DNA of 64,000 nucleotides from an uncultured archaeon. Its GTDB lineage: Archaea; Thermoplasmatota; Thermoplasmata; Thermoplasmatales; Thermoplasmataceae. Of this stretch, positions 1 through 10,344 are shown one piece after another. Where the stretch lies: the NCBI GenBank assembly GCA_000965745.1, contig CP009479.1:480001-544000 (forward strand), read 5' to 3'. Position 1 is the first letter of the stretch; each line of letters opens with the position of its first letter. The translations under genes were made by a program, and so were the position numbers. The notes under the pieces were generated by a model. The model saw only the letters and a list, made by a program, of their open reading frames with translations, was not told the origin of the DNA and made no database searches.

Positions 1-546
1 TGCCCCCACGGGAACGCTCACCAGAAATACGTATCTCCAGTCGTAAACTGCCAGTACGCCTCCAAGGATGATTCCGATGAAGGAGCCGCCTATGGCTGCA
101 ATTGAGTTGATCCCGAGTGCGGTTCCACGCTCCCTGCTCGGAAAGGCATCCGTGAGGATTGCTGCACTGTTTGAGAAAAGGAATGCTGCCCCGAATCCCT
201 GTATGAGCCTTCCGACTATCATGTACTGTGCCGCGGGTGGACCCTGCCACGGGGTGAAGTAAAGCATTATTGACCCGGCTGTAAATATGGCAAATCCCAT
301 GTTGAAAAGCTTGATTCTCCCGAACATGTCGGACAACCGCCCGAAAGTGAGCAGCAGTGTTGCCGTCACTATGTTGAAGCCCAGCAGTATCCAGAGAAGG
401 TACTGGAAGTTCCCGGCAACGAAAGGGTTCAGTCCGATGCCCCTGAATATATCAGGAAGTGCGATCAGAAGTATCGTCTGATTTATGGTAGCCATGAATA
501 CACCCATTGTAGTGTTTGAAAGCGCTACCCATTTGTAATGTACCAT
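1..546 (-). CDS. MFS drug:H+ antiporter (DHA2/EmrB-QacA-like), N-terminal part, runs off the window
   Basis: Manual translation from ATG 546: [33 protein letters not shown]...[14 protein letters not shown] (MFS motif A)...[10 protein letters not shown]...[11 protein letters not shown]. Confidence 0.85.
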   Translation of the reverse strand, partial: MVHYKWVALSNTTMGVFMATINQTILLIALPDIFRGIGLNPFVAGNFQYLLWILLGFNIVTATLLLTFGRLSDMFGRIKLFNMGFAIFTAGSIMLYFTPWQGPPAAQYMIVGRLIQGFGAAFLFSNSAAILTDAFPSRERGTALGINSIAAIGGSFIGIILGGVLAVYDWRYVFLVSVPVGA

Positions 547-802
547 TATTATCACACGGTAATTTAATACTCTTATAAAATGTTTATTAGTAAAGTAATT
601 TCAAGGCGTTCTTTATTTCAGGGCTTTGATGAGGAATTTTCAGTGTATCTTTGGGGCCCATGTTTTTCGCGTCTAGATATACCCATGGTCAATGGAATGC
701 TCTGCGGGCATACTGGATGCCAGATGCGAAACAAATTCATGCACAATGATAAATGACAAAGAAAATTACTAGCTTACGCAATCATATGATGAGTGAAAAT
801 AG

Positions 803-1795
803 ATGGATGTTATAGGCATTGATCTTGGCTATGGGGAGACCAAGGTTATCTGTCCGGATGGTTCAAGGATCAAGTTTCCCTCGAGATGGAAAATGCATGA
901 CAATGAGTCATGGGGGTTCGGAGGCATGGTCTCCGTACTTTCCCTTGACGGTGGGCAGCGTTTTACTTTCGGAGACGCTGCAATTGGCGAAAATACAAGG
1001 GAACCACTCGGCGACGGAAGGCTCTCTGACAGGGACTCTCTGCCATTGCTGGCAGCTGCTTTGTGGAGCAGTGGCGTGGGAAAAGAGGGAGGATCCTCAA
1101 ATGTTGTGCTTGGCAGCGGGACACCGCTGGGAAGATTTCACCTTGAAGCTTCAGGTGCCAAAGCCACTCTCGCAAACAGAAGTTTCGTTATTGAAAGCAA
1201 AGACAACGAGTCCAGGGAAATCAAGATTTCACAGCTTGTTATGAGGCCACAGGGAGTAGGTGCTGCCCTGCATCTTCTCGACAGAGGGCTCATACATCAG
1301 GAGATAGGCTATGGCCTTATCATAGACATAGGATCAAGAACTACTGATGTTCTTACTGTAAATCTAACAGACATGGAGCCCGTTGTTGACATGTCTTTCA
1401 GCATGCAGGAAGGTGTAGGTAACGCGGTAGCGAGCATGAACCGCCTTATTGCCAGGGAGACTGGATACACTGCCCCTTCGGATGTTGCCCTTTCCGCACT
1501 GGTACGCGAGGTCGCTTACAGGCAGCGAGTTGTTGGAGGAGGGGAGAAGGCCAGGCCCATACTTGACGTTCTGGCAGGCAAGATAGTCGACAAGATCAGG
1601 ACCACCATGAGGGGAGAACTCGACCGGGTGACTGCACTCGTCCCCGTAGGCGGAGGATCACGACTTATTGGCGATGATCTGGAAATACTTGCCCCAGGGA
1701 CTCTTGTTGAAGTCGAGGAGGAAGACAAGCAGTTTGCAAACGCCCTGGGGTATTATGATGCTGCAAAAAGGTCTATGAATACAGCATATTCATGA
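803..1795 (+). CDS. ParM/StbA-family actin-like ATPase (Thermoplasma Ta0583 homologue)
   Basis: Actin-fold motifs: phosphate 1 GIDLGYGETK, connect 1 RPQGVGA, phosphate 2 IDIGSRTTD, adenosine VGGGS, connect 2 QFANALGY; colinear with Ta0583 as I recall it. Confidence 0.92.
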   Translation: MDVIGIDLGYGETKVICPDGSRIKFPSRWKMHDNESWGFGGMVSVLSLDGGQRFTFGDAAIGENTREPLGDGRLSDRDSLPLLAAALWSSGVGKEGGSSNVVLGSGTPLGRFHLEASGAKATLANRSFVIESKDNESREIKISQLVMRPQGVGAALHLLDRGLIHQEIGYGLIIDIGSRTTDVLTVNLTDMEPVVDMSFSMQEGVGNAVASMNRLIARETGYTAPSDVALSALVREVAYRQRVVGGGEKARPILDVLAGKIVDKIRTTMRGELDRVTALVPVGGGSRLIGDDLEILAPGTLVEVEEEDKQFANALGYYDAAKRSMNTAYS

Positions 1796-1816
1796 GAGTA
1801 GAGACGATGGGATTCC

Positions 1817-2182
1817 ATGGGGTTAACAGAAGAGGGGGGAAACGAGGACTTTGAGTATTCGGGCGATTCAACCAGGGAAATAGTTGTACCACTTAACAGC
1901 CTGGAACTTGCCTCTCTCAGGCTGAAGCTCCAGGATGGGGAATCCGAAGTAGCCGGAATCAGAAGGATTATTTCCGAGTCCTTTGAAAGAGATGCCATAG
2001 AGAGCGCCCTTTCGAAATTCATAGAGATTCTGGAGAAGCTTATAGCTCTAGAGAAGAAGCTTAACCGGCTCGGCATCGACAGCGATGAGGAATCCGCAGA
2101 AAAGGTGAAGGAACTTACAGCTTCAGTGATGAGTGTTTCGTCCCTGAAGAAAAAACTGGAGAGGAAGTGGAGATCAATCTGA
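1817..2182 (+). CDS. Small protein with putative ribbon-helix-helix N-domain and coiled-coil C-terminus (ParR-like candidate)
   Basis: 21 nt downstream of the actin gene; REIVVPL-NSLELASLRLKL-QDGES-EVAGIRRIISESF fits beta-alpha-GxS-alpha; heptad-rich tail. Confidence 0.5.
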   Translation: MGLTEEGGNEDFEYSGDSTREIVVPLNSLELASLRLKLQDGESEVAGIRRIISESFERDAIESALSKFIEILEKLIALEKKLNRLGIDSDEESAEKVKELTASVMSVSSLKKKLERKWRSI

Positions 2183-2196
2183 TCGCCTTAATGACT

Positions 2197-3051
2197 TCAT
2201 CCTAAACAACTTCCCGCCAGGCTTTCCATTGTAAGGAATACTGTATCATCTCTTTTCAGTATATGATTCACAGTATTTTCCAGTGCTTCCATCCTGTGGC
2301 CCCTTCCAATAACATGGGGATGAGTTGTAAGTGTGTACACTCCCGTATCCATGTGTTTGGTCATGTAATCAAAATCAGCTATCCAGTTCCTCTGTACAGA
2401 TCCTGCCTCTCTCAAGCCCATGCCCGGTGCCTCATCATCGAACTCAAAGACAGGATAATCCTCAAGAGACCAGCTTATGGGTATCTCAATCATTCTGGTG
2501 TTCTTGCCGAACTTGAATCCTCCATCCTCATCGGGAACATCACCTGTTCTCACATAATATGGAAGGTAATCATGTGCCATCAGGCTGCTGTCGTAAACGA
2601 ACCCCTTTTCAAGAATAAGGTCAAGCGTGTTTGCACTCAGGTCCCAGGAAGGTGATCTGTAACCCCTGGCCTTCTTTCCCGAAACCTTCTCTATTATGCT
2701 GTTCGCCTTGTCTATGATTTCATTCTCCCTGTCCCTTTCAAGCTCCACCGGAGTTTCATGGAGGTAATTGTGGTGGGCTATCTCATGGCCCTTGGAATGT
2801 ATCTCCTTCACAGTATCCTCATAGGACTCGATCGTGTATCCCGGGATGAACCAGGTGGAAGGCAGATCATGGGTGGAAAGCATGTCCAGAATCCTGTGTG
2901 CCCCTACTTCGCCAAACTCGCCCCGTGATATGAGGGTGGGAGAATAATGCTTCATTCTTCCTATCCTGAAGCTGAAGGTGTCGAAATCAAAGGTCAGGCA
3001 TACTGCATACTTCTTTCCCTGAGGGAGCTTCGGTTTTATTGTCGTGATCAT
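2197..3051 (-). CDS. Polysaccharide deacetylase (CE4, PuuE/HpPgdA-like)
   Basis: LTFDFD, HEIAHHNYLHE, GYRSPSW, YDSS, HPHVIGR motifs. Confidence 0.88.
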   Translation of the reverse strand: MITTIKPKLPQGKKYAVCLTFDFDTFSFRIGRMKHYSPTLISRGEFGEVGAHRILDMLSTHDLPSTWFIPGYTIESYEDTVKEIHSKGHEIAHHNYLHETPVELERDRENEIIDKANSIIEKVSGKKARGYRSPSWDLSANTLDLILEKGFVYDSSLMAHDYLPYYVRTGDVPDEDGGFKFGKNTRMIEIPISWSLEDYPVFEFDDEAPGMGLREAGSVQRNWIADFDYMTKHMDTGVYTLTTHPHVIGRGHRMEALENTVNHILKRDDTVFLTMESLAGSCLG

Positions 3052-3130
3052 GGATATATATTCCGGGAGCCCATTATTAAGATTTCCAGAATTCTTTCAT
3101 ATTGGCTGAAAATATGAGTAATAGGATGTT

Positions 3131-4420
3131 TCAGTGGTAATTTTTGACACGCGATATGAAGGGAACGATCATTTCATCCCTGCTCAGGCCGCCGTGTACA
3201 CCCACGAGCGATGAAATGTCCATCCCGGGGTCAAGAATATTGAGGCGTGAGTCGATCATTCCGGTCCTCCCCCTGGGCAGGAGAACAATGCCCCCAAACC
3301 TGTCCCTTGAATCGTAATTCCGATCAGAATTTCCGAAATAACCCTTCTTCAGCATATCATGCCCATACCTGACAAGGAACTCGCCCCCGTACCTGTACTG
3401 AACATATTCAAAGGCGTCCTGAAGTAGGCCGGGCTTTATTCTGAGAAATGGTGCCCTCATATCACCCACCACAGGCGTTCTCATGTATGAGGCAAGCCTT
3501 TCATCAGATGCCGCGTCCTTCACCGATTCTATGGGAACAGTGGTATGCCCGTGATCTGCCGAAATCATGACCCCCAGAGATCCATTTATCCTGAGTTTTC
3601 CAGTCAATTCCTTTTCAATAAGATGGAATATGTTGTCCATGTCCACTGCGACTTCCTCAGAACCTGGGCCTATCCTGTGTGATATGGTGTCAATTGTGGA
3701 TATGTAGCAGAAGTGGATGCCGCCGGAGCCTGATGATTCTATGTTCTTGCGCAGAGCGGAAAACATCTGTGGAACAGAGTAGTAGCCAGTAATGTTAGCC
3801 CCTCTTCCGGTGATACGGGTCAGGCCGCTGTTCTTTATTGCTGATGGAAGGTACAGGTATGAATCCAGGGATTCCTTTCCGATTGCTGAATAGAGAGTTT
3901 CTCCTCCCAGCAGCCCTTCATCGGACCATCCATCGTCTAGAATTGATTTTCCCCTGTTTCCCAGAGGGGTGAGTGAAATCATGTTGCAGATGGCACCTAT
4001 CTCTGACATATATGCAGTATATCCGATTATGCCGTGCTGTACGGGCTCCCTGCAGGTCTGGACAGTTACAGTGGCTGTTGAAGTTGTTGATGGAAATACG
4101 CTCGTTATTGGGGTGTACGCCGATTCAGAAAGAAATTTCTCGACTTCTCCGGGGTGAAACCGTTCTATTGCGCCCCTCATGGTGCTGTGGCCGAAACCGT
4201 CGAGAAGGAAGAATACCAGATGATCCACCTGTTCGTATGTGCCCCTGAGTACTTCAGGCACATTCTGACCTCCACCTAGTCCGAGAGCATGCATGAATAC
4301 CTCTGGAAGGTCAGAGATCGAGCCTTTTCCAAAGGATGGCTTCACTATGTCATTTTCACTATCAGCAGAATACCTTTCCATAAGGGTTTCCAGATCACTG
4401 TCCGTATACTGGGAGATCAT
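3131..4420 (-). CDS. Alkaline phosphatase superfamily / nucleotide pyrophosphatase-phosphodiesterase
   Basis: LLDGFG, SVFPSTT, DTISHRIGP, ISADHGH, GVHGG; start placed at ATG 4420, which overlaps the HAD stop (ATGA). Confidence 0.85.
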   Translation of the reverse strand: MISQYTDSDLETLMERYSADSENDIVKPSFGKGSISDLPEVFMHALGLGGGQNVPEVLRGTYEQVDHLVFFLLDGFGHSTMRGAIERFHPGEVEKFLSESAYTPITSVFPSTTSTATVTVQTCREPVQHGIIGYTAYMSEIGAICNMISLTPLGNRGKSILDDGWSDEGLLGGETLYSAIGKESLDSYLYLPSAIKNSGLTRITGRGANITGYYSVPQMFSALRKNIESSGSGGIHFCYISTIDTISHRIGPGSEEVAVDMDNIFHLIEKELTGKLRINGSLGVMISADHGHTTVPIESVKDAASDERLASYMRTPVVGDMRAPFLRIKPGLLQDAFEYVQYRYGGEFLVRYGHDMLKKGYFGNSDRNYDSRDRFGGIVLLPRGRTGMIDSRLNILDPGMDISSLVGVHGGLSRDEMIVPFISRVKNYH

Positions 4421-5178
4421 CCTACCATTGCCTCTTCCACAATCTGGCAATTTCTCCAATGTCGTATGCCCACTGAACATTCGAACAAAGATGGCACTCC
4501 GGAACCACTGCTGTTTATCCAGATAGGGGTTATGCCGGAGTTTATTGCGCCCGCGACATCATATTTCCAAGAGTCACCGATCATGATGGTATTGTCTCTT
4601 TTCGCCCCAGTCATCTCAAGGGCTTTCTCAAACATGGCCGCACCGGGCTTCAGCTCTCCCGAGTTAGATGGAATCAGCATTGTATCAATATAATCTCCGA
4701 TTCCGGTCTCAATCAGAGTGCGTTCCTGTATCTCCCTGTTTCCGTTTGATATGGCCACAACAGGGATGCCCACGCTTTCGCAAAGCTCAAGGAACTCAAT
4801 TGCTCCTGTTGAAGGCCTCCTGTTGCTCCAGAACACGTGCTGGAACAGTTCATCATAGAATGAGAGTTCAAATTTTTCAGCCCTCTTCCCGTACCGCCTA
4901 AGCACCGCATCAAGCCTTAATAAGCGTTCTTTCTCGACTGTGATTTCATTGTCAAATATTTTTGGGAGATTGTCCCGCAGTATTCCGTGAAAATCGGCTT
5001 CAAGGGTGTCAATTCCAACTTTTCTGATGCCCGGCACCAGCTTTGCTATTTCCTGAAGGCCAAGCCTGCACGGAATCCTGTAATCAACAAGCGTATCATC
5101 AAGATCTACGAATAAGGCATCAAGGGTCTTAAAATCGAATCCGGGAATCAGCCCTGGAGTGACCTGCTCGAAATTCAT
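4417..5178 (-). CDS. HAD-superfamily hydrolase (YjjG-like)
   Basis: DLDDTL motif I, ISNG motif II, KP motif III, GDSWKYDVAGA motif IV. Confidence 0.88.
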   Translation of the reverse strand: MNFEQVTPGLIPGFDFKTLDALFVDLDDTLVDYRIPCRLGLQEIAKLVPGIRKVGIDTLEADFHGILRDNLPKIFDNEITVEKERLLRLDAVLRRYGKRAEKFELSFYDELFQHVFWSNRRPSTGAIEFLELCESVGIPVVAISNGNREIQERTLIETGIGDYIDTMLIPSNSGELKPGAAMFEKALEMTGAKRDNTIMIGDSWKYDVAGAINSGITPIWINSSGSGVPSLFECSVGIRHWRNCQIVEEAMVG

Positions 5179-5312
5179 TGGAACATCATCGTCTAAGGTG
5201 GATTTTAACTTGGCCTATATAGTAAATATATCATACAGACCCATCTATATACGTTTGTATTTTATATACAGAACTTTCTTATTTCTATGTATTTTTTTCC
5301 CACCGAGACAAT

Positions 5313-6053
5313 ATGGGTTTCAACGGAATTGGTGGGTTCCTGAGTGCTCCCGGCATGATACCTTGGTACATAATGGTCCTTTATTTTGTTGGGGCAGCAG
5401 TTTTTGCTGTCTTTTACGGGCTTAACCATGGTGGAGCATCCAGGTTCAAAACAGTTGATTTTGTTTATATCGGAGTTGGGGCAGCTTTCACTGTTGTTTG
5501 GGAATTTTTTGTAGGGCCTTTCCTGAACAAGTTTGTGCCAGGCGGCGCAGTGCCATTCATAGATTTTGGCTTCTTCGGAAGAGTGCTTATACTCCTCATA
5601 GTAGCAGGAGTTGTAAGGAAGGTCGGAGTGGGAATGTTTTCAATGTTCATATTCAACATTCTCGGTGATATATTTCATTACGGGTTCAGTGGAGAGCCAA
5701 TGTATACGATTTACGAGACTCTCACATACGGGCTCCTCATTGACGTCGTAATTGCATTCACCAGGGGGCATCTCTTTGGAATAGGCATAGAGCAGGAGAA
5801 TGGAAGGCTGGCACAGCTTCAGCAGAATTACAGAGCCTTGGTTCCTGCAGTGACAGGTGCAATAATCGCTTTCCTATGGACAATACCTGACAATGTGATA
5901 TATGCAGGATTCTTCAGCCCCTTCCTCTATGGCGGAATTGTAAACTGGCAGAAAATAGCATTCAACTTTGGTGCAGCCCTGCCCGGAAACATAGTGTTCG
6001 GGGTGATAGCAGCTTTCATCGCGATAAGGGTGACAAGGGTGCTGGGCCAATGA
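5313..6053 (+). CDS. ECF transporter substrate-binding S component
   Basis: Multi-pass hydrophobic protein directly upstream of a dual ATPase and a T component; ATGA overlap with the next gene. Confidence 0.7.
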   Translation: MGFNGIGGFLSAPGMIPWYIMVLYFVGAAVFAVFYGLNHGGASRFKTVDFVYIGVGAAFTVVWEFFVGPFLNKFVPGGAVPFIDFGFFGRVLILLIVAGVVRKVGVGMFSMFIFNILGDIFHYGFSGEPMYTIYETLTYGLLIDVVIAFTRGHLFGIGIEQENGRLAQLQQNYRALVPAVTGAIIAFLWTIPDNVIYAGFFSPFLYGGIVNWQKIAFNFGAALPGNIVFGVIAAFIAIRVTRVLGQ

Positions 6054-7597
6054 AGGCTGTTGAAGTCAGTAACCTGAAATACAGCTATCTGGGCTCAAGA
6101 AACCATGCCATAAACATTCCCCATTTTTCTATTGATGAAGGAGAGTGCGTCCTGATCACTGGAAGGTCAGGATCCGGGAAATCAACGCTTATTCAGTGCA
6201 TAAATGGAATTATTCCGCATATCATAAATGGAAGCTACAGCGGAGAGGTAAAGATTTTCGGCAAATCGACCAGGGAAATGAGAGTTGCAGAGATTGCAGG
6301 GATGGTAGGGACACTCCTTCAGGACCCTGAAAGGCAGGTCATTAACTACAAGGTTGAGGAGGAGATCGCATTTGCTCCAGAAAACTTCAATATAGACAGA
6401 GAGGAAATTCTTAGGAGGATCGACAGCAGCATTGAAGCGGTGGGAATAGAGAACCTGAGGGGAAAAGAGACCGGCAAGCTCTCCGGAGGGGAGCTGCAAA
6501 GGGTGGCTCTTGCAGCTGTCCTTACCATGAACCCCAAGGTTCTGATACTTGATGAGCCCACATCAAACATCGACCCTGAAGGAACCGGGAAGATTTTCGA
6601 GTTCCTGACGAGGATCAAGGGAGAGAGGACTGCCATTATCGTGGAGCACAAGGTAGAGAGGGTGCTCCCCTTAGTTGATCGGATAGTGGTTGTAGACAAT
6701 GGGGGGATTGCCCTCAACATTCCAAAGGAAGATATATATGAGAATACTGGAAAACTCCTTGAAATGGGGATAGAGATGCCTGAACACCTTATTATTACCA
6801 ACAGGGACTGGGCAGCTGGACCCAAAGAGAAGAAACGGGCAGAAATAACTAATGTGTCCATGAAGGCTGATGTCTCTGTGCAATACAGGCAGGGCTTCTC
6901 ACTCAAGGCATCACTCGAGATTGGTGAGGGAACAATAACTGCTATAATGGGCAAGAACGGAGCAGGCAAGAGTTCACTGCTCAAGGGCCTTATAGGATTC
7001 ATTGACCAGGATCAGGGCGAGTTGTCAACGAAAATCAGTATTGACGGTAATGATTTCGTTGATCCTGACCTGAACACGAGAGGGCGTTTCATAGGATATC
7101 TGCCTCAGAGTTTTGACCTTATGCTGATAAACAAATCCGTGCAGAAGGAGATCAACTACTCCACTAAGGTCAGGAAACTCAAGGGAATGGAACCTCTTGT
7201 GGAACGCCTCGTGGATCTTTTCAGCCTGAAAGACTATCTGGGGTCGGACCCGCTAACCCTGAGCCAGGGGCAACGAAGGCGGGTTGCCATGGCATCGACC
7301 ATAGCAGGCGGCCCCAGGGTAATAATGATGGACGAGCCAACTTCGGGGCAGGATTATTTCCACAAAAGAAATCTTGGCCGTGAGTTGACTCTGCTTAAGT
7401 CCCGGGGATACAGCTTCCTCATCGTTACACATGACTCCCGTTTCGTGTATAATTATTCCGACAGGATCCTCCTCATGAATGAGGGGGAGGTAATCGTGGA
7501 AGGCACACCTGAACAGGTGTTTGCACAGTCAGAGAAATACGGAGTTATACTTCCTGAAGAGTTTCTTTTGAGGTGGAAAAATGAACTTCCTGCTTGA
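6050..7597 (+). CDS. ECF transporter duplicated ABC ATPase (A-A' fusion)
   Basis: Two NBDs: GRSGSGKS/LSGGELQR/ILDEPT and GKNGAGKS/LSQGQRRR/MMDEPT. Confidence 0.92.
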   Translation: MKAVEVSNLKYSYLGSRNHAINIPHFSIDEGECVLITGRSGSGKSTLIQCINGIIPHIINGSYSGEVKIFGKSTREMRVAEIAGMVGTLLQDPERQVINYKVEEEIAFAPENFNIDREEILRRIDSSIEAVGIENLRGKETGKLSGGELQRVALAAVLTMNPKVLILDEPTSNIDPEGTGKIFEFLTRIKGERTAIIVEHKVERVLPLVDRIVVVDNGGIALNIPKEDIYENTGKLLEMGIEMPEHLIITNRDWAAGPKEKKRAEITNVSMKADVSVQYRQGFSLKASLEIGEGTITAIMGKNGAGKSSLLKGLIGFIDQDQGELSTKISIDGNDFVDPDLNTRGRFIGYLPQSFDLMLINKSVQKEINYSTKVRKLKGMEPLVERLVDLFSLKDYLGSDPLTLSQGQRRRVAMASTIAGGPRVIMMDEPTSGQDYFHKRNLGRELTLLKSRGYSFLIVTHDSRFVYNYSDRILLMNEGEVIVEGTPEQVFAQSEKYGVILPEEFLLRWKNELPA

Positions 7598-8540
7598 TAA
7601 CATTATCAGCTGGATTATCTTTCTGTTCGGCGTCACTGCTCCAGTCTACCTTATACTTGGAGCAATAGGAATTCGTGGATTCAAGGAAATAACAGAATTT
7701 GAACCTCACACCTCACTCTTCTACCGCATGAATCCCCTTGTGAAGATGTTCCTCTCCTTCTCGGTAATGGTAGTTTCAGCTATCACCATATGGTGGATCG
7801 GGGCAATACTGACCCTGCTCATACTCCTATGCTACCTTACCTTGAAAGACGGCACGAGGAAGTTCTACATAGGAACCTTGTTCATGATCTCCACAGTCAT
7901 AGGGACAGCTTGGGGCTATGCACCCTTTGCACCCAATGCAATTCTCTCCATAGCGTTTCCAGGATACTCTCCTGTGGCAATCTGGGTATGGCCTTCCTAC
8001 TTCAGCATAATGGGATACCAGCATGTACTCACGTTTCAGGCCGTTGAGTACGGCCTTCAGATATCCTTCAGAACCGCTGCCATTATGTCGTCCGCACTTC
8101 TCCTTGTAATGACCAATACACCTACCCAGATACTCAGAACACTTCACAAGGTTTCAGTGCCGGACTCAGTGATATTTTCACTTATGGTTGGGATGAGAAG
8201 CATACCTTCCATTTTCAGCTACCTTGATGAGTCTGTGAAGATCCAGGTAATGAGGGGGCTCGGATCCGGGAAACCCCGTGTACTGCGGCCTGTATACATG
8301 CTGATTGCCGGAGTGAACGCGATCGTTCCCACCATGATTCATCTTCTCCGGGGCGCAAAGGATACAGCAATCTCTGCAGACACCAGAGGGTTCAGGGCGA
8401 CTAAAAAGAGGAGTTATGTGGAGACCATGCCCATAACGAGGCTGGATTACTATGCATTTGCCCTCATTCTTTCGCTGTTTGCTGTGGCAGCAGCCGTGAT
8501 CCTCTTGGGTTTTGGCAGGACAATACCATATGTAACCTGA
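7581..8540 (+). CDS. ECF transporter transmembrane T component (EcfT/CbiQ)
   Basis: MNPLVK, QVMRG and ADTRGF X-R-G motifs; hydrophobic helices. Confidence 0.85.
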   Translation: MNFLLDNIISWIIFLFGVTAPVYLILGAIGIRGFKEITEFEPHTSLFYRMNPLVKMFLSFSVMVVSAITIWWIGAILTLLILLCYLTLKDGTRKFYIGTLFMISTVIGTAWGYAPFAPNAILSIAFPGYSPVAIWVWPSYFSIMGYQHVLTFQAVEYGLQISFRTAAIMSSALLLVMTNTPTQILRTLHKVSVPDSVIFSLMVGMRSIPSIFSYLDESVKIQVMRGLGSGKPRVLRPVYMLIAGVNAIVPTMIHLLRGAKDTAISADTRGFRATKKRSYVETMPITRLDYYAFALILSLFAVAAAVILLGFGRTIPYVT

Positions 8541-8742
8541 TACGGTAGAACTAAACTTGCATTCTCCCAAAATCCATATTTTACAGCACTGCCAAGTTCC
8601 TGTGGACGCCATTTCTTTTCTTCTTTTTTTGGTAATTTTGTGCTCGTAAACTGGTCTTAAGCAAGTTAGTTTGATACGAATATCGGATAATTTATACGAA
8701 CTCATCATAACATTTATCAGCTATCGCATGTTCCAGATGAAC

Positions 8743-10131
8743 ATGGCAGAATCCAGCAAGCAGCTAAACAAAGGTGTTGTGACGTACCTGGAACTGGTGT
8801 TCCAGTCGATTTCATTTACAGCTCCTGCTATTGCCGTAACAGCAACCATGACCGGGGCAGCCGCATTTGCATATGGAGCTCTGCCCCTAACGTACATACT
8901 GGCAGTTCTCGCAGTATTCAGTGCAGGTTTCGTCATTTACGTGTTCTCCAGGAAAGTTGCCTCCAGCGGAGGTTACTACAGATATATAGAAAGAGGGTTC
9001 GGAACCCGTGGAGGAGGGTTCGGCGGATGGGTTTATATGCTATATACAGTCATTGGGGCCACACCGTTCATCTATTTCGAAACTTCACTCGCCACGCAGT
9101 ACGGCCTCGGGATATTCGGCGTTAACCTGCCCTCCTGGTCCTGGTACCCGATAGGCCTTGTCGTGGCCCTTGCAGCGTATGGGCTCGCATATTCAGGCAT
9201 AAAGAATTCCCTGAGATACAGTGTTTTCACCGGAGTTATAGAAATGGCAATCCTGTTGATTGTAGCTTTTCTGATACTTGGAAAATCTCCAGATCCGGTT
9301 AACCTTAAGGTATTCACGCCCGCATATTCACCAACGGGCTGGAATGGGGTTGCACTGGGCCTTGTGTTTTCATTCACTTCCCTGGCTGGATGGGGTTCCA
9401 TGACGTTCCTTGGAGGGGAGGCCAGGCAGGCCCACTTCAACATAAGAAAAGGTGTGATAGTAACAATAGCCGTTCTGGGCGCATTTTTCCTGTTCATGAG
9501 CTACGCTATGACTATAGGATGGGGGCCGGCAAACATGGGCACATACTTCCAGAACTTCCTGCCTGGCCTGATCCTTGCAGTCAAGTATGGCGGTGTGGGC
9601 GTTGCAATACTCATGTTTGTATTCCTCGTTAACAGCGGGTTTGTTGACACACTTGCCATCATAAATGCGGGATCAAGAGACCTTTACACCATGGCGAAGG
9701 ACGGATTTCTCCCTGATACCCTCTCCCTTACACATCCGAGGCACAAAAGCCCGCACAAGGCGCTTCTGTCCAACACCATCATAGGGATAGTGCTGTTCAC
9801 CGTAACGGGATGGACCATGGGGCCATTAAACGGGTTTCTGGTAACAGGAGTATGGACGGGTGCAGGAACAATCATAGAGCATATAATGCTGAACACATCC
9901 CTGCCGCTTTACTTCAGGAAACTGAAACAGTACAAGGCACAATACGCAATCGTACCGGGAGTTGCAACAATCCTCTACCTCTTTGCCCTCTACGGGTCAT
10001 TCCTGTCCATTGACATATATGTTCTCATAGCCGTCGCATTCATAGTGGTGTGGCTGGCCTTTGGTGCAATATACTTCTCTGTCAAACCGGTGAAGGAGAT
10101 TGTTCTGGAAGAAGGTGAAGAGATAGGATAA
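8743..10131 (+). CDS. APC-family amino acid/polyamine permease
   Basis: About 12 TM segments; SSGGYYRYI, GGEA, SRDLYTMAKDG, HPRHKSP; start uncertain (8728-8743). Confidence 0.87.
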   Translation: MAESSKQLNKGVVTYLELVFQSISFTAPAIAVTATMTGAAAFAYGALPLTYILAVLAVFSAGFVIYVFSRKVASSGGYYRYIERGFGTRGGGFGGWVYMLYTVIGATPFIYFETSLATQYGLGIFGVNLPSWSWYPIGLVVALAAYGLAYSGIKNSLRYSVFTGVIEMAILLIVAFLILGKSPDPVNLKVFTPAYSPTGWNGVALGLVFSFTSLAGWGSMTFLGGEARQAHFNIRKGVIVTIAVLGAFFLFMSYAMTIGWGPANMGTYFQNFLPGLILAVKYGGVGVAILMFVFLVNSGFVDTLAIINAGSRDLYTMAKDGFLPDTLSLTHPRHKSPHKALLSNTIIGIVLFTVTGWTMGPLNGFLVTGVWTGAGTIIEHIMLNTSLPLYFRKLKQYKAQYAIVPGVATILYLFALYGSFLSIDIYVLIAVAFIVVWLAFGAIYFSVKPVKEIVLEEGEEIG

Positions 10132-10344
10132 TACTATATCTCAGCCAGAAATTTATATTCAGGCTGATCCTTTTTCTTACAATATTTCACATATTTTATA
10201 ATTTTCATAAGAAATGTTGATTTTTTCTGATGCTCTGCACGTTCAAGATGGAGGATTTTGTGGTGGAGAAACCCCTAAGTGCAGGAACTAGTGAGGCTCG
10301 CCGAAGGTGCTCGGGATTTCATCCACCACTTCTTTTGTTCAGAT

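Noticed and set aside
547-802. parC-like iteron array upstream of the actin gene
   Set aside because: No convincing tandem direct repeats by eye; only one 10-bp palindrome, which can occur by chance
5179-5312. TPP or other riboswitch before the ECF operon
   Set aside because: Short AT-rich spacer without the CTGAGA/ACCTG core or GC stems
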